Part shown: piece by piece, positions 9,218-17,910 of the stretch
Layout of the letters: the number at the start of each line of letters is the position of its first letter
Numbering within the stretch: position 1 is the stretch's first letter
Assembly (NCBI GenBank): GCA_037135115.1
Contig: JBAXKX010000001.1
Location: 1-60,588 of the forward strand
Source of the DNA: Rhodospirillaceae bacterium
GTDB taxonomy: Bacteria > Pseudomonadota > Alphaproteobacteria > Azospirillales > Azospirillaceae
Length of the DNA stretch: 60,588 nt
Direction: 5' to 3'
Program-made: the position numbers and the translations under genes
The notes under the pieces: generated by a model
The model's database searches: none
What the model saw: only the letters and a program-made list of their open reading frames with translations
What the model was told of the DNA's origin: nothing

Positions 9218-9646
9218 ATGACAATTAATAATGCACCGCTCTTTGCCAAGCGTGGCCAGAAGCTTGAGGTAATGGCAAATATAATTAACCGCAGCTATGT
9301 TAACACTATGATGATATATATGATGGGCAGCGTGTCGGCCGCAGATAAGGATATTTGCCGGAATATTCATTCGCTGGTAAATGGCCACAGATCGGGAATC
9401 GTTGTCATCTGTATCGACCGTCTGATGCGGTTTGATGCTGCCGCAGAGAGGCTGATCTGGGTGCTGGCAATGCGGGCGTTGGTAAATTTCAACAATGTTC
9501 ATCTGGTGGTTGGAACCGGCTTTGTACGCGCTCGTCTCCGTCATCTGGGATACGACAACATCGCGCACTTGCACGATGGTTGCGACGGTTTTCTCCTGAT
9601 CAATAAACCTTCCATCTTGGCTTGTCCCTTAGCTTGTGCGGCTTGA
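9218..9646 (+). CDS. STAS-like (anti-sigma-antagonist fold) protein, tentative
   Basis: By-eye alignment to the SpoIIAA/RsbV core: IVVICIDRLMRFDAAAERLI against VLNLEDLSFMDSSGLGVI, and VHLVVGTGFVRARLRHLGYDNI against MVVCAISPAVKRLFDMSGL. Ala occupies the phospho-Ser position. Confidence 0.4.
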   Translation: MTINNAPLFAKRGQKLEVMANIINRSYVNTMMIYMMGSVSAADKDICRNIHSLVNGHRSGIVVICIDRLMRFDAAAERLIWVLAMRALVNFNNVHLVVGTGFVRARLRHLGYDNIAHLHDGCDGFLLINKPSILACPLACAA

Positions 9647-9685
9647 GGCGGCAAACCCGAAACTTGAGACACAGCGGAGGAAGTT

Positions 9686-11587
9686 GTGAAAATTCACCTC
9701 AAGTTTGTCTGCATAATGATTGTTGCTGTTGCGCTGTCGGCAGTCACCAACATCCTCGTTCTGAGGGCCGCCGTTTATCCGACATTCGTTCGCATGGAGC
9801 ATGACAAGGCTATTCGCCATGCCGAGCGGGCGATAAACGCAATCAGGACGGAAATAGCGAGCCTCGCCCTAACTGTGGCGGACTACGCTGACTGGGATGA
9901 TGCATATGAGTATGTAATATCAGGCAACGCTACTTTCATCGAGCGTAATTTCACGCCGTCTTCTGTCAAGAATCTTGGTGTAAACATCATTTACATTGAG
10001 GGGACGGGAGGGCAAGCTAGGTACGAGCGAGTATTCGACGATTCAGGCAACGAAGTTTCGTCCGCCAGCGCTTTGCTCTTGCAGATTGACCAGGGCCATA
10101 TCTTAACCCCATCGGATTCCACGACTGAGCCCATCTCGGGCTTGATGGCGAGTCCGCGCGGCCCGTTGTTGATGGTTTCGCGTCCAATACGCAAGACGAC
10201 GGGCGATGGTAAGGCGGTCGGACGGTTGGTTATGGGGCGTCTTTTGGATGATAACTTGATTTCCACTCTGCGGGTAAGGTCAGATGTTGACATCGGGATA
10301 AGTGTCGTTGACCGTGATACTCCGCATGGCGTTGTCGCCGTGACACTCGACACCCACATCTTGGAGCCGAACATACTGATCGGCGGTGACGGCACGCGGC
10401 TGACAGTGCTTTGTGTAATCAAGAGTTTGCTTGGAATGCCGTTTCTAGAGGTGAGCATAGCCATTCCGAGAGATATAACACAGCTTGGCATGACTACGCT
10501 CACTTATGCAGCTATGGGTATTGCGCTTTCCGGCCTTGTCGTAGTCGGCGTTCTGGCAGCCGTGCTGCAATGGATGCTGATCGGCCCCTTGGTTGACTTG
10601 ACCAGTAAGGTTGTCCGGATCGGTAGCCATGGAGTCGCGGGTCGCGGGCTGGAACTTGACCGCAGCGATGAACTGGGCATCCTTAGTCGCGAGTTCCAAA
10701 GGGCGCTGGAAACGCTGGCCGAGGTCCGCAAGCAATTGCTCATGGATGCCCATCAGACCGGGATCGCCCTGATGGCGTCGGGCGTGCTCCACAACCTGCG
10801 CAACCAGTTGGCACCGCTAACTTTGCGCCTTAGCAGCCTTTGCGAGAGTTTTAGCTCAACCGCTCCCGAAAGAGTAGGGCAGGCATTGGATAAAATCCTG
10901 ACCGGAAATCTCCCCCCGATCATTAGGGACAAGGCGGCGGAGTTCGTCAGGCTTGCGGTGCGCGATCTGCATTCCCGTTATATTCAGATGCGGGTGGAGC
11001 TGGGTTTTGCGATGTGGGAGGCAGACCGGATCGAAAAGGTACTAAGCGAACTTGATGCCTTTAGCCGGGCGACTGGGACGGCTGAAAGAATTAGCCTGAT
11101 AGGACCTGTGCGTGATGCCGTTTCGCTTCTTCCGGCGTTTCCGGGGCTTGATGTTAAGATTGAATTGGCGGCCTCGCTTGAGACCTGCCCGCCGATCGTT
11201 ACCAGTGGCTTCGTGCTGGAGCACATTGTCTATAATTTGCTCTTAAATGCAATTGAGGCGGTAGTTGCGGCAGGCAAGACCATCGACACCATCGAAATAA
11301 GCGCAGAACTCAAGGAATTCGAGGAAGTCGAGATGCGCCAGTGCGTTGACCTCCAGATTACCGACCACGGCATAGGTATCGAGCCTGATAGCATTTGTTT
11401 GGTATTTACTAACGGCTACAGCACTAAGGGCGGTTGCAGACGCGGAGTTGGTCTGCACTGGTGTTCAAACACCATCGCAGCCGTAGGTGGACGAATCTTT
11501 GCTGAGAGTCCTGGGCCGGGTTTGGGAACGACATTACACATTCTTCTGCCGCTGTCAGCACAGCCGTCAGTAGTAGCTACAACTTGA
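9686..11587 (+). CDS. membrane sensor histidine kinase (TM-CHASE4-TM-HAMP-DHp-HATPase)
   Basis: GGAGGAAG SD before GTG 9686. CHASE4 signature VADYADWDDAYEYV, then HAMP after the second TM. H-box GVLHNLRNQLAPL, N-box YNLLLNAIEA, G1 ITDHGIGI, and C-terminal GPGLGTTLHILLP. Confidence 0.85.
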   Translation: MKIHLKFVCIMIVAVALSAVTNILVLRAAVYPTFVRMEHDKAIRHAERAINAIRTEIASLALTVADYADWDDAYEYVISGNATFIERNFTPSSVKNLGVNIIYIEGTGGQARYERVFDDSGNEVSSASALLLQIDQGHILTPSDSTTEPISGLMASPRGPLLMVSRPIRKTTGDGKAVGRLVMGRLLDDNLISTLRVRSDVDIGISVVDRDTPHGVVAVTLDTHILEPNILIGGDGTRLTVLCVIKSLLGMPFLEVSIAIPRDITQLGMTTLTYAAMGIALSGLVVVGVLAAVLQWMLIGPLVDLTSKVVRIGSHGVAGRGLELDRSDELGILSREFQRALETLAEVRKQLLMDAHQTGIALMASGVLHNLRNQLAPLTLRLSSLCESFSSTAPERVGQALDKILTGNLPPIIRDKAAEFVRLAVRDLHSRYIQMRVELGFAMWEADRIEKVLSELDAFSRATGTAERISLIGPVRDAVSLLPAFPGLDVKIELAASLETCPPIVTSGFVLEHIVYNLLLNAIEAVVAAGKTIDTIEISAELKEFEEVEMRQCVDLQITDHGIGIEPDSICLVFTNGYSTKGGCRRGVGLHWCSNTIAAVGGRIFAESPGPGLGTTLHILLPLSAQPSVVATT

Positions 11588-11595
11588 GGTGATGC

Positions 11596-13932
11596 ATGTG
11601 CAACCTAATATCTGGCGGATCTGTAACCAGGCCGCGTGTTCTGATTGTTGAAGATGATGACCAGATTCTCAACGGATATGCCGCCGTGCTAAGTCGAGGC
11701 CCGAACGGCGTGGTCTTCGGCGACGAAACGGCCCGGCGGCTGAGCGAATTATCGTTTGACCTGTTCGGCGATAAATCGTCCTATGATTGCGAGGAATCGT
11801 TCGACCTGTGCCTGTGTCATCAGGCTGCCGAGGCGATCCAGGCGGTGGTTGCGGCGAATCGTGAGCAACGGCCTTTCGCGGTCGCCTTCATTGATGTCCG
11901 CCTGCCCCCCGGACCCGACGGAATTGCCCTGGGGGAGTGCATCCGTGCGCTAGACCCGCTTACAAACATTGTAATCATCACCGGTTTTTCCGACCTGCCT
12001 CCTGAAGAAATCGCCAAGCGCATCCCTCCGCCCGACAAGTTGCTTTATTGCCAAAAGCCGCTCCATGCCGCCGAGCTGCGTCAGTTTGCCATGGCAATGT
12101 CTGCCAAGTGGAATTCGGAGCGCGAATTGTTAGCCTCTAAGGAGCATGTCGAGCGCCTGTTGTCTTCAACCAATGTGGTTCTGTATAGTTCAAGTGGTTT
12201 GAGAAATCAGGAACTTACCTACGTCAGCGACAACGTTGAGCATGTCTTTGGTTATCGCTCCGAGCATTATCTTGCTGATGACAAGTTTCTTGAGAAACAC
12301 ATCCATCCCGACGACTTGCCCAATCGGCAGCGCGCGCTGGATGCACTGGTTGACGGCGGTGTGGAGGTGGCCATGGTTTACCGTGTCCTTACGGCCAGCG
12401 GTGACTATCGATGGGTAAGAGACCAACTAAAGGTGGTCAATAATGGGCACAGTAAGCCAACCGAGTTGGTCGGCTGCTGGCTAGACGTTACCGAACGTAG
12501 ACGTGACGAGGATCGAATCCGTTACCTTGCTTACCATGACAGCTTGACTGGATTGCCAAATCGCGTCTCAATGTATTCAATATTGGAGAAGGTAATCTCC
12601 AGGGCGGAGCGGTACCACCACAAGGTAGCAGTACTTTTTCTCGACATTGACCATTTCAAAAAAATTAATGACTCTTTGGGGCATTCTGCTGGAGATCAAC
12701 TGCTTCGCGAGGCTGCCAGTCGCATTGCCTCGGTCGTTCGCTCCGATGAAGTCGTCTGCCGTCAGGTCGGCGACGGAACCGAATCTTTGACTGAGGTTTT
12801 GACTGAGGGTTCAACTGTGTGCCGACTGGGTGGTGACGAGTTCGTCGTTATTCTTAGCGAAGTCGCTAACCCTGACGGTGCCGCAGCGGTCGCGCGCCGT
12901 ATCCGGGAGGCTATCGCCGCTCCAATCCAAATTGGCAATGTTTTTGACGAAATTTCGATTACTACAAGCATCGGGATAAGTTTATATCCAGATGATGGTC
13001 ATGATGCTGAGACGCTACTGAAATTTGCTGATAACGCCATGTATGTTGCCAAGGAAAGTGGCAGGAACGTCATATCGTTCTTTGCAAAAGCGCAGGGAGA
13101 AAAGGCGGACAAGCGTTTATTGCTAGAGTCTAGGCTGCGAAAGTCATTTGAAAGCGGTAGCCTTACGCTATGCTATCAACCCAAGATTTACATATCCAGC
13201 AGCGGTGTTACCGGTGTCGAAGCCCTGCTTCGTTGGCAGCATGCAGACTATGGCGAGGTGCTGCCTAGCGATTTTATTCCGATCGCCGAGCTGTCCGGCC
13301 TGATCGTGCCCATAGGGGAGTGGGTGCTGACCGAAGCCGTGCGCCAAGCGATGGCGTGGAGGTTGAGCGGTATGCCCATGCTGGGAGTCTCGGTAAACAT
13401 ATCGGCGGTACAGTTCCATAACCCTAACCTGATCAGCCATATTTCATCGGTCATGGCGGAATATGGCTTTCCTTTCCGGAGCCTTACCCTGGAGTTGACT
13501 GAAAGCGTTCTTATCGGTGACAGCGATGCCAGCGTTCGCCGCCTCAACCAACTGGGCGAATTGGGCGTGCAGATTTCTATCGACGACTTCGGCACGGGCA
13601 ACTCCTCCATCGCTTATCTGCAACGGTTCCCGGTAAACGAACTCAAAATAGACAAATCGTTTGTCAGGAATATCCCCGGCAACCGGAACGATGCCGCCAT
13701 CGTCCGCGCCACCATTGCCCTGGGCCACAGTCTAGACGTTCGGGTCGTTGCCGAGGGGGTCGAGACTGAGCCACAGCTAGATTACGTGCGCGAACAACGT
13801 TGCGACGAGGCACAGGGCAATTACATTGCCCCGCCTTTGCCGGCCGACGCATTTAGGCGGTGGTGGCACCACCATTCGCCAACCAAGCCTCAATCAGTCC
13901 AGAAAGCGGCTACTCTCCACCTCGTGCATTAG
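11596..13932 (+). CDS. response regulator REC-PAS-GGDEF-EAL (c-di-GMP turnover)
   Basis: REC: VLIVEDDD ... AFIDVRLP ... CQKP. This is followed by a PAS domain and RLGGDEF. The EAL catalytic set is intact: EALLRW, VNISA, ELTES, DDFGTGNSS, KIDKSF, EGVET, QGNY. It starts 8 nt after the kinase stop. Confidence 0.9.
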   Translation: MCNLISGGSVTRPRVLIVEDDDQILNGYAAVLSRGPNGVVFGDETARRLSELSFDLFGDKSSYDCEESFDLCLCHQAAEAIQAVVAANREQRPFAVAFIDVRLPPGPDGIALGECIRALDPLTNIVIITGFSDLPPEEIAKRIPPPDKLLYCQKPLHAAELRQFAMAMSAKWNSERELLASKEHVERLLSSTNVVLYSSSGLRNQELTYVSDNVEHVFGYRSEHYLADDKFLEKHIHPDDLPNRQRALDALVDGGVEVAMVYRVLTASGDYRWVRDQLKVVNNGHSKPTELVGCWLDVTERRRDEDRIRYLAYHDSLTGLPNRVSMYSILEKVISRAERYHHKVAVLFLDIDHFKKINDSLGHSAGDQLLREAASRIASVVRSDEVVCRQVGDGTESLTEVLTEGSTVCRLGGDEFVVILSEVANPDGAAAVARRIREAIAAPIQIGNVFDEISITTSIGISLYPDDGHDAETLLKFADNAMYVAKESGRNVISFFAKAQGEKADKRLLLESRLRKSFESGSLTLCYQPKIYISSSGVTGVEALLRWQHADYGEVLPSDFIPIAELSGLIVPIGEWVLTEAVRQAMAWRLSGMPMLGVSVNISAVQFHNPNLISHISSVMAEYGFPFRSLTLELTESVLIGDSDASVRRLNQLGELGVQISIDDFGTGNSSIAYLQRFPVNELKIDKSFVRNIPGNRNDAAIVRATIALGHSLDVRVVAEGVETEPQLDYVREQRCDEAQGNYIAPPLPADAFRRWWHHHSPTKPQSVQKAATLHLVH

Positions 13933-14107
13933 TGAGGAGGGCTAGTGATCCGTCCCTAGCTTTCGTTACGTTAGCACCAATGCAGCAAGGCCGGGTGCGG
14001 ATCGCAGCGAATCGGCCGACACTCATTGGGTGAGGCATGGTTGCCTCTGGTGTTGGATAGTGAGGGTTTCTAATGGGACCGCAACTAAAAAGTTGCATTG
14101 CCGGTGC

Positions 14108-14119
14108 GGGGGGGGGGGG
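14108..14119. repeat. G12 homopolymer in an AT-rich intergenic region
   Basis: Read directly: ggtgcGGGGGGGGGGGGctacg. Confidence 0.95.
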
Positions 14120-14599
14120 CTACGCGAGTTGTGGTAGTTTCCCCAATAGTTATACGCACTATAAATTGTATGCACCCAATGATTGCTGTTCGCGCGCAGC
14201 ATTTTTAGCTGCCATGACATTCCAAGCAACCAACAGTTTGTGGTTAATTTTCAATCTTGGGCATAAATATAGATATTGAACAATAATTTCAGAAAACCTA
14301 TCGCTTTAATAGTAGGTTATCGATCGTATTTTTGGATAAGTTATGCAAATTGCGTTGTAACCTGTGGGCAGTTGGAGATCGTGCTGGCGACTGGGTGCAG
14401 CAAAAAAAGATGGAGAGCGAAATGTCGAACAATGTCTGCCTTCAGTGTGTTTTTCGGATACTGGGTGTGCGGAACCGGATTGGTGCGGTTAGAAAGTATA
14501 TGCGGTTCAACTAGAAGAATAAACTGCTTCTCCTGCAATAAATATGTATTTGATTAAGTTGAAAGCAATGTACTTGCAATCTGGCGCTGGGAGGTAGTG

Positions 14600-15304
14600 A
14601 TGAAGGTACTTATAGCCGATAGCGCAGCATTGCATGTTGGCGGTATTGCGACTATTTTCAAATATAATGGCTCAGATGTACAGCTTACAACTGTACCAAG
14701 TTATGAACAGCTGATTCAAGCTGTAAATGAGCAGGACAGCTATGATATCATTATCATAGATTTAGCTGTCTTGGGCCGTGATTGTGTTGATAGAATTTCA
14801 AGTATTAAGGAAATCTCCCCTTTGTCTAACATCGCAATTATATCAAATGGATTAAAACATGAGCAGATCAGCGAGATCGGTTTAATTGGTGGTATCAGCC
14901 TTATTGATAAATCTATTTCGGATGAGCAGTTTATAGAACTTGTGAAATTTATCGCTAAGGGGGGGCATTATATAACTACTAAGCTATACTGTTATGGACG
15001 ATGCATAAATTATGAGGATAAGTCTGAACCTCACAATCAGACCACACTTACCCGGCGCGAGACTGAGGTTTTGCATCAGCTGGGTGAAGGACTGAGCAAC
15101 AAGATTATCGCCGCAAATCTCGGAGTAGAGGAGGTAACGGTTAGGTTGCATCTTCGCGGCATATTCAGGAAGGTAAACGCAAAGAACCGTGTTCAGGCCG
15201 TGTTGAACGCCATTTCAATGGGCTTGCTTGTCGTGCCGGAGGCGGACTTGGTGAGCACGCCGCCTTCGCCACTTGAGTTTTTAAACACCATCGCCAGCGC
15301 TTAA
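14600..15304 (+). CDS. NarL/FixJ-type response regulator (REC + LuxR HTH), strongly AT-rich gene
   Basis: GGGAGG SD. Phospho-acceptor context YDIIIIDL and conserved Lys in LIDKS. C-terminal HTH LTRRETEVLHQLGEGLSNKIIAANLGVEEVTVRLHLRGIFRKV. The first acidic pair is degenerate (LIADS). Confidence 0.85.
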   Translation: MKVLIADSAALHVGGIATIFKYNGSDVQLTTVPSYEQLIQAVNEQDSYDIIIIDLAVLGRDCVDRISSIKEISPLSNIAIISNGLKHEQISEIGLIGGISLIDKSISDEQFIELVKFIAKGGHYITTKLYCYGRCINYEDKSEPHNQTTLTRRETEVLHQLGEGLSNKIIAANLGVEEVTVRLHLRGIFRKVNAKNRVQAVLNAISMGLLVVPEADLVSTPPSPLEFLNTIASA

Positions 15305-15575
15305 TCACAACAAGATCTTCGCCATCAACTATCTGATGCCTAAATATAGTAAATCATATTTAACTATTGTCAAATTGATTTTATTACTTTGGCCTTACTT
15401 GCAGCTTTACTGAGTGCTGTCAGGCCGCGCTCCCTGAGGGCGACAATGATGCCAATTTTCGTTAAAATATGGCGCGTTCTCCGCTTTATGCGCTTGGCTG
15501 TGGCCCGAAAACATGGCAGTATTGTGACGGCTGCGGTATATTTCGCGATGTACGGTTCTTGAACAAGGCTTAAAA

Positions 15576-16322
15576 ATGATCAGGGCGGGGGTCAGGGCGG
15601 TCTGGCTTGTGGCGTTTGCGGTCGCCATAGCCGCTTCATTCGCTCCAGCTGCTCTTGCCCATATGGTGCTGGCGGCACCATCCAACGGCCGGGGCGGCGC
15701 CGTGAGTGCTCAGTTAATGTTGCCAGAGGGGCGCATCGAACCCCAGATGGTCAGGATGCCGAATGGACGCTTCGCGTTGGGAAAGTATGTGGTAACATTT
15801 GCTGAGTGGGATGCGTGTATTGCGGCGGGTGGCTGTAATGGCTATACTCCAGATGATCAGGGCTGGGGTCGCGGGCGGCGTCCCGTGATCAACGTCTCGC
15901 GGCGCGATGCTTTGGCTTATGTCCAGTGGCTGGCGCTTAGGACCGGGAAGGCCTATCGGCTTCCAACTAAGTCAGAGTGGGAATACGCCGCCAGGGGCGG
16001 TATGACGACACGGTACTGGTGGGGAAATGAAATTGGTCACAATATCGCTAACTGTGATGGTTGCGGCAGCCAATGGGACAATAAGATGACGGCACCGGTT
16101 GGAAGCTTTCGCCAAAATGTCTTCGGGCTTTTTGATATGCTGGGGAATGTTTGGCAGTGGTGTAATGATTGTTATGATGAAACATGCGTTTCGCACGTGC
16201 TTCGTGGCGGTTCTTGGAGCAGCTATCCGCTTGACTTGCGTTTGGCAAATCAAGTCAACTACCCGACAGAAAGCCGCAATTCCAGCGTTGGTTTCCGCGT
16301 TGCGTTGACTATTGTACCGTGA
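15576..16322 (+). CDS. secreted FGE-sulfatase-fold (SUMF1/PvdO-like) protein lacking the FGE catalytic cysteines
   Basis: Signal peptide ...FAPAALA. Motifs YRLPTKSEWEYAARGG, GLFDMLGNVWQWCNDCY and RGGSWSS...SVGFRVA. The C-x4-C that follows GGS in true FGEs is absent. Confidence 0.8.
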   Translation: MIRAGVRAVWLVAFAVAIAASFAPAALAHMVLAAPSNGRGGAVSAQLMLPEGRIEPQMVRMPNGRFALGKYVVTFAEWDACIAAGGCNGYTPDDQGWGRGRRPVINVSRRDALAYVQWLALRTGKAYRLPTKSEWEYAARGGMTTRYWWGNEIGHNIANCDGCGSQWDNKMTAPVGSFRQNVFGLFDMLGNVWQWCNDCYDETCVSHVLRGGSWSSYPLDLRLANQVNYPTESRNSSVGFRVALTIVP

Positions 16323-16368
16323 GAGCCATTACAAACAGCAGTCGTTTCCCGAAACAACAGGATGAATC

Positions 16369-16509
16369 ATGATCAATATTAAAGTTATCCTTGCGGCTGT
16401 TTTGCTGACACTTGTATCAGGTTGCCAGACTGTTGGTAGCGCCGGGGCTGCGGGTGGCAGCGGCGGTGCTGGGGCCGGGGGGCTGCTGTCTACTGTGCTC
16501 GGGTTCTAA
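16369..16509 (+). CDS. 46-aa glycine-zipper mini-lipoprotein (below the ORF-track cutoff)
   Basis: AGGA lies 7 nt upstream of the ATG. Translation: MINIKVILAAVLLTLVSGC (lipobox) QTVGSAGAAGGSGGAGAGGLLSTVLGF*. Confidence 0.55.
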   Translation: MINIKVILAAVLLTLVSGCQTVGSAGAAGGSGGAGAGGLLSTVLGF

Positions 16510-16564
16510 TGTTTTCGTATAATTGGTTGCTGCTCAAAGCCGCCTGGAGGGCGGGGGACGTGCC

Positions 16565-16783
16565 ATGGAACTTGGGTTATTGGAAACTACGGGCATTCTT
16601 ATCCTTGCCGCCCTGGCTTTTATCTGGTCCAATCTTGAGGCGCGGCGCGAGGTTGATCCCTTGCGCGTGCGGATGTGGTCGCCGGTGTTGGTGATGGGCG
16701 CTGCCGCCGTGGTGGTAATTCTAATGCTGGCACATCTTCTTTCTCTCTTGACCGGCGCGCCGTTTCGTGGCGGCGGCTTTTGA
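16565..16783 (+). CDS. small two-TM membrane protein
   Basis: MELGLLETTGILILAALAFIWSNL ... WSPVLVMGAAAVVVILMLAHLLSLL gives two hydrophobic helices. ATG 16565 is preferred over the longer track start. Confidence 0.45.
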   Translation: MELGLLETTGILILAALAFIWSNLEARREVDPLRVRMWSPVLVMGAAAVVVILMLAHLLSLLTGAPFRGGGF

Positions 16784-16902
16784 ATTTCATTGCTGGTTCA
16801 CGTTTACGTCATCAGCCTTCTGGTCATAGTTGGCGGCGAAGGATTTCTCGTGTATTTATGGGCGTGGGCCGACGACACTATCTGTGAGTGCCGAGCTGGC
16901 GC

Positions 16903-17892
16903 ATGGGGGTTTTGATGATGGTACGGTTTTGGCTGTATAGCTTGATCGTGGTGCTTATTACTGCCGGTGCGGCCCTGGCGGTGCCGTTAGGATCCACCGC
17001 CGGGCGGGCCAACGATGGCGCTCCACCGCCGATCCGGCTTGCCATGGGGGTGGTACCTCAGGGCGGTCCGCTACTGCTGGTTGGCACCGTGTTTCGTGAT
17101 TGCACCGATTGTCCCGAATTGGTGGTGATGCCGCTCGGTAATGTTACTATGGGCGCCGCTTCAGGAGAGGAGGAGGCCGAAGGCGTGCTGCCGCGCTTCC
17201 GAGGACGGGCCGGGCCTCAACACAATTCAGCAATCACCGAGGCGTTGGCGGTCGGTCGTTACGAAGTTACGGTGGGTGAATTCTCGCGGTTTGTTCTGGC
17301 TACCGGCCGCAAGATGCACGGATGCTGGCTATCGGTAAACCGGGAGTGGAAGCTGCTGGAGGAGCGCAGCTGGCGCATGCCAGGATATGGCCAGATAGAT
17401 CGCGATCCGGTGGTCTGCGTGTCGTGGGATGATGCAAAAGCCTATGTCGACTGGCTGAGTGGTGCCCTTAAACAAAAGTACCGTCTGCTGACTGAGGCTG
17501 AATGGGAATATGTCGCGCGATCCGGTACCACCACCGCCCGCCCCTGGGGGGCCGGTATCGGCCGCAATTTCACCAACTGTATCGGCTGCGGCAGCCGCTG
17601 GGACGGCCAGCGCCCGGCCCCGGTCGGTTCGTTTTCAGTTAACCGATTCGGTCTTTACGATCTGCTGGGCAACGTCGCCGAATGGGTGGAGGATTGCTGG
17701 CACGACTCCTATGATGGTGCCCCCAACGACGGCAGCGCCTGGACTAGCGGGAGCTGCGAGTTTCGCGTCATTCGCGGTGGGTCCTGGGTTGACCACCAAC
17801 GCAACGTCCGCTCCGCCCAACGCGACCGCGACACGCCGCAGATGCGCAGCGCCTTCTTAGGCTTTCGGATCGCCCGCACCATAACGCCCTAG
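16903..17892 (+). CDS. secreted FGE-sulfatase-fold paralogue, also cysteine-less at the FGE active site
   Basis: Signal/TM MVRFWLYSLIVVLITAGAALA. Motifs YRLLTEAEWEYVARSG, NCIGCGSRWD, GLYDLLGNVAEWVEDCW and RGGSWVDHQ...FLGFRIA. The start is uncertain (GTG 16888, ATG 16903 or ATG 16915). Confidence 0.8.
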   Translation: MGVLMMVRFWLYSLIVVLITAGAALAVPLGSTAGRANDGAPPPIRLAMGVVPQGGPLLLVGTVFRDCTDCPELVVMPLGNVTMGAASGEEEAEGVLPRFRGRAGPQHNSAITEALAVGRYEVTVGEFSRFVLATGRKMHGCWLSVNREWKLLEERSWRMPGYGQIDRDPVVCVSWDDAKAYVDWLSGALKQKYRLLTEAEWEYVARSGTTTARPWGAGIGRNFTNCIGCGSRWDGQRPAPVGSFSVNRFGLYDLLGNVAEWVEDCWHDSYDGAPNDGSAWTSGSCEFRVIRGGSWVDHQRNVRSAQRDRDTPQMRSAFLGFRIARTITP

Positions 17893-17910
17893 AACGAAAC
17901 GCCACCCGGC

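Noticed and set aside
6830-13932. A canonical Lap system (LapG protease + LapD receptor + LapA adhesin).
   Set aside because: The GGDEF-EAL protein is a soluble REC-PAS type with intact catalytic motifs, not a TM-HAMP degenerate LapD. No RTX adhesin or T1SS genes are in the window. I keep it only as an orphan LapG-like finding.
14276-14557. ORFs of 60-93 aa in the AT-rich spacer upstream of the LuxR regulator (14023..14229, 14073..14279, 14276..14557, 14332..14514, 14341..14538).
   Set aside because: They overlap each other on both strands and are Cys/Arg/Trp-rich. None has an RBS or a recognisable motif. They look like chance ORFs in non-coding DNA.
15576-17892. Annotating the two SUMF1-fold proteins as genuine formylglycine-generating enzymes, with a sulfatase maturation role.
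   Set aside because: Both lack the C-x4-C catalytic cysteine pair after the GGS motif. Both are exported, and no sulfatase gene is nearby.
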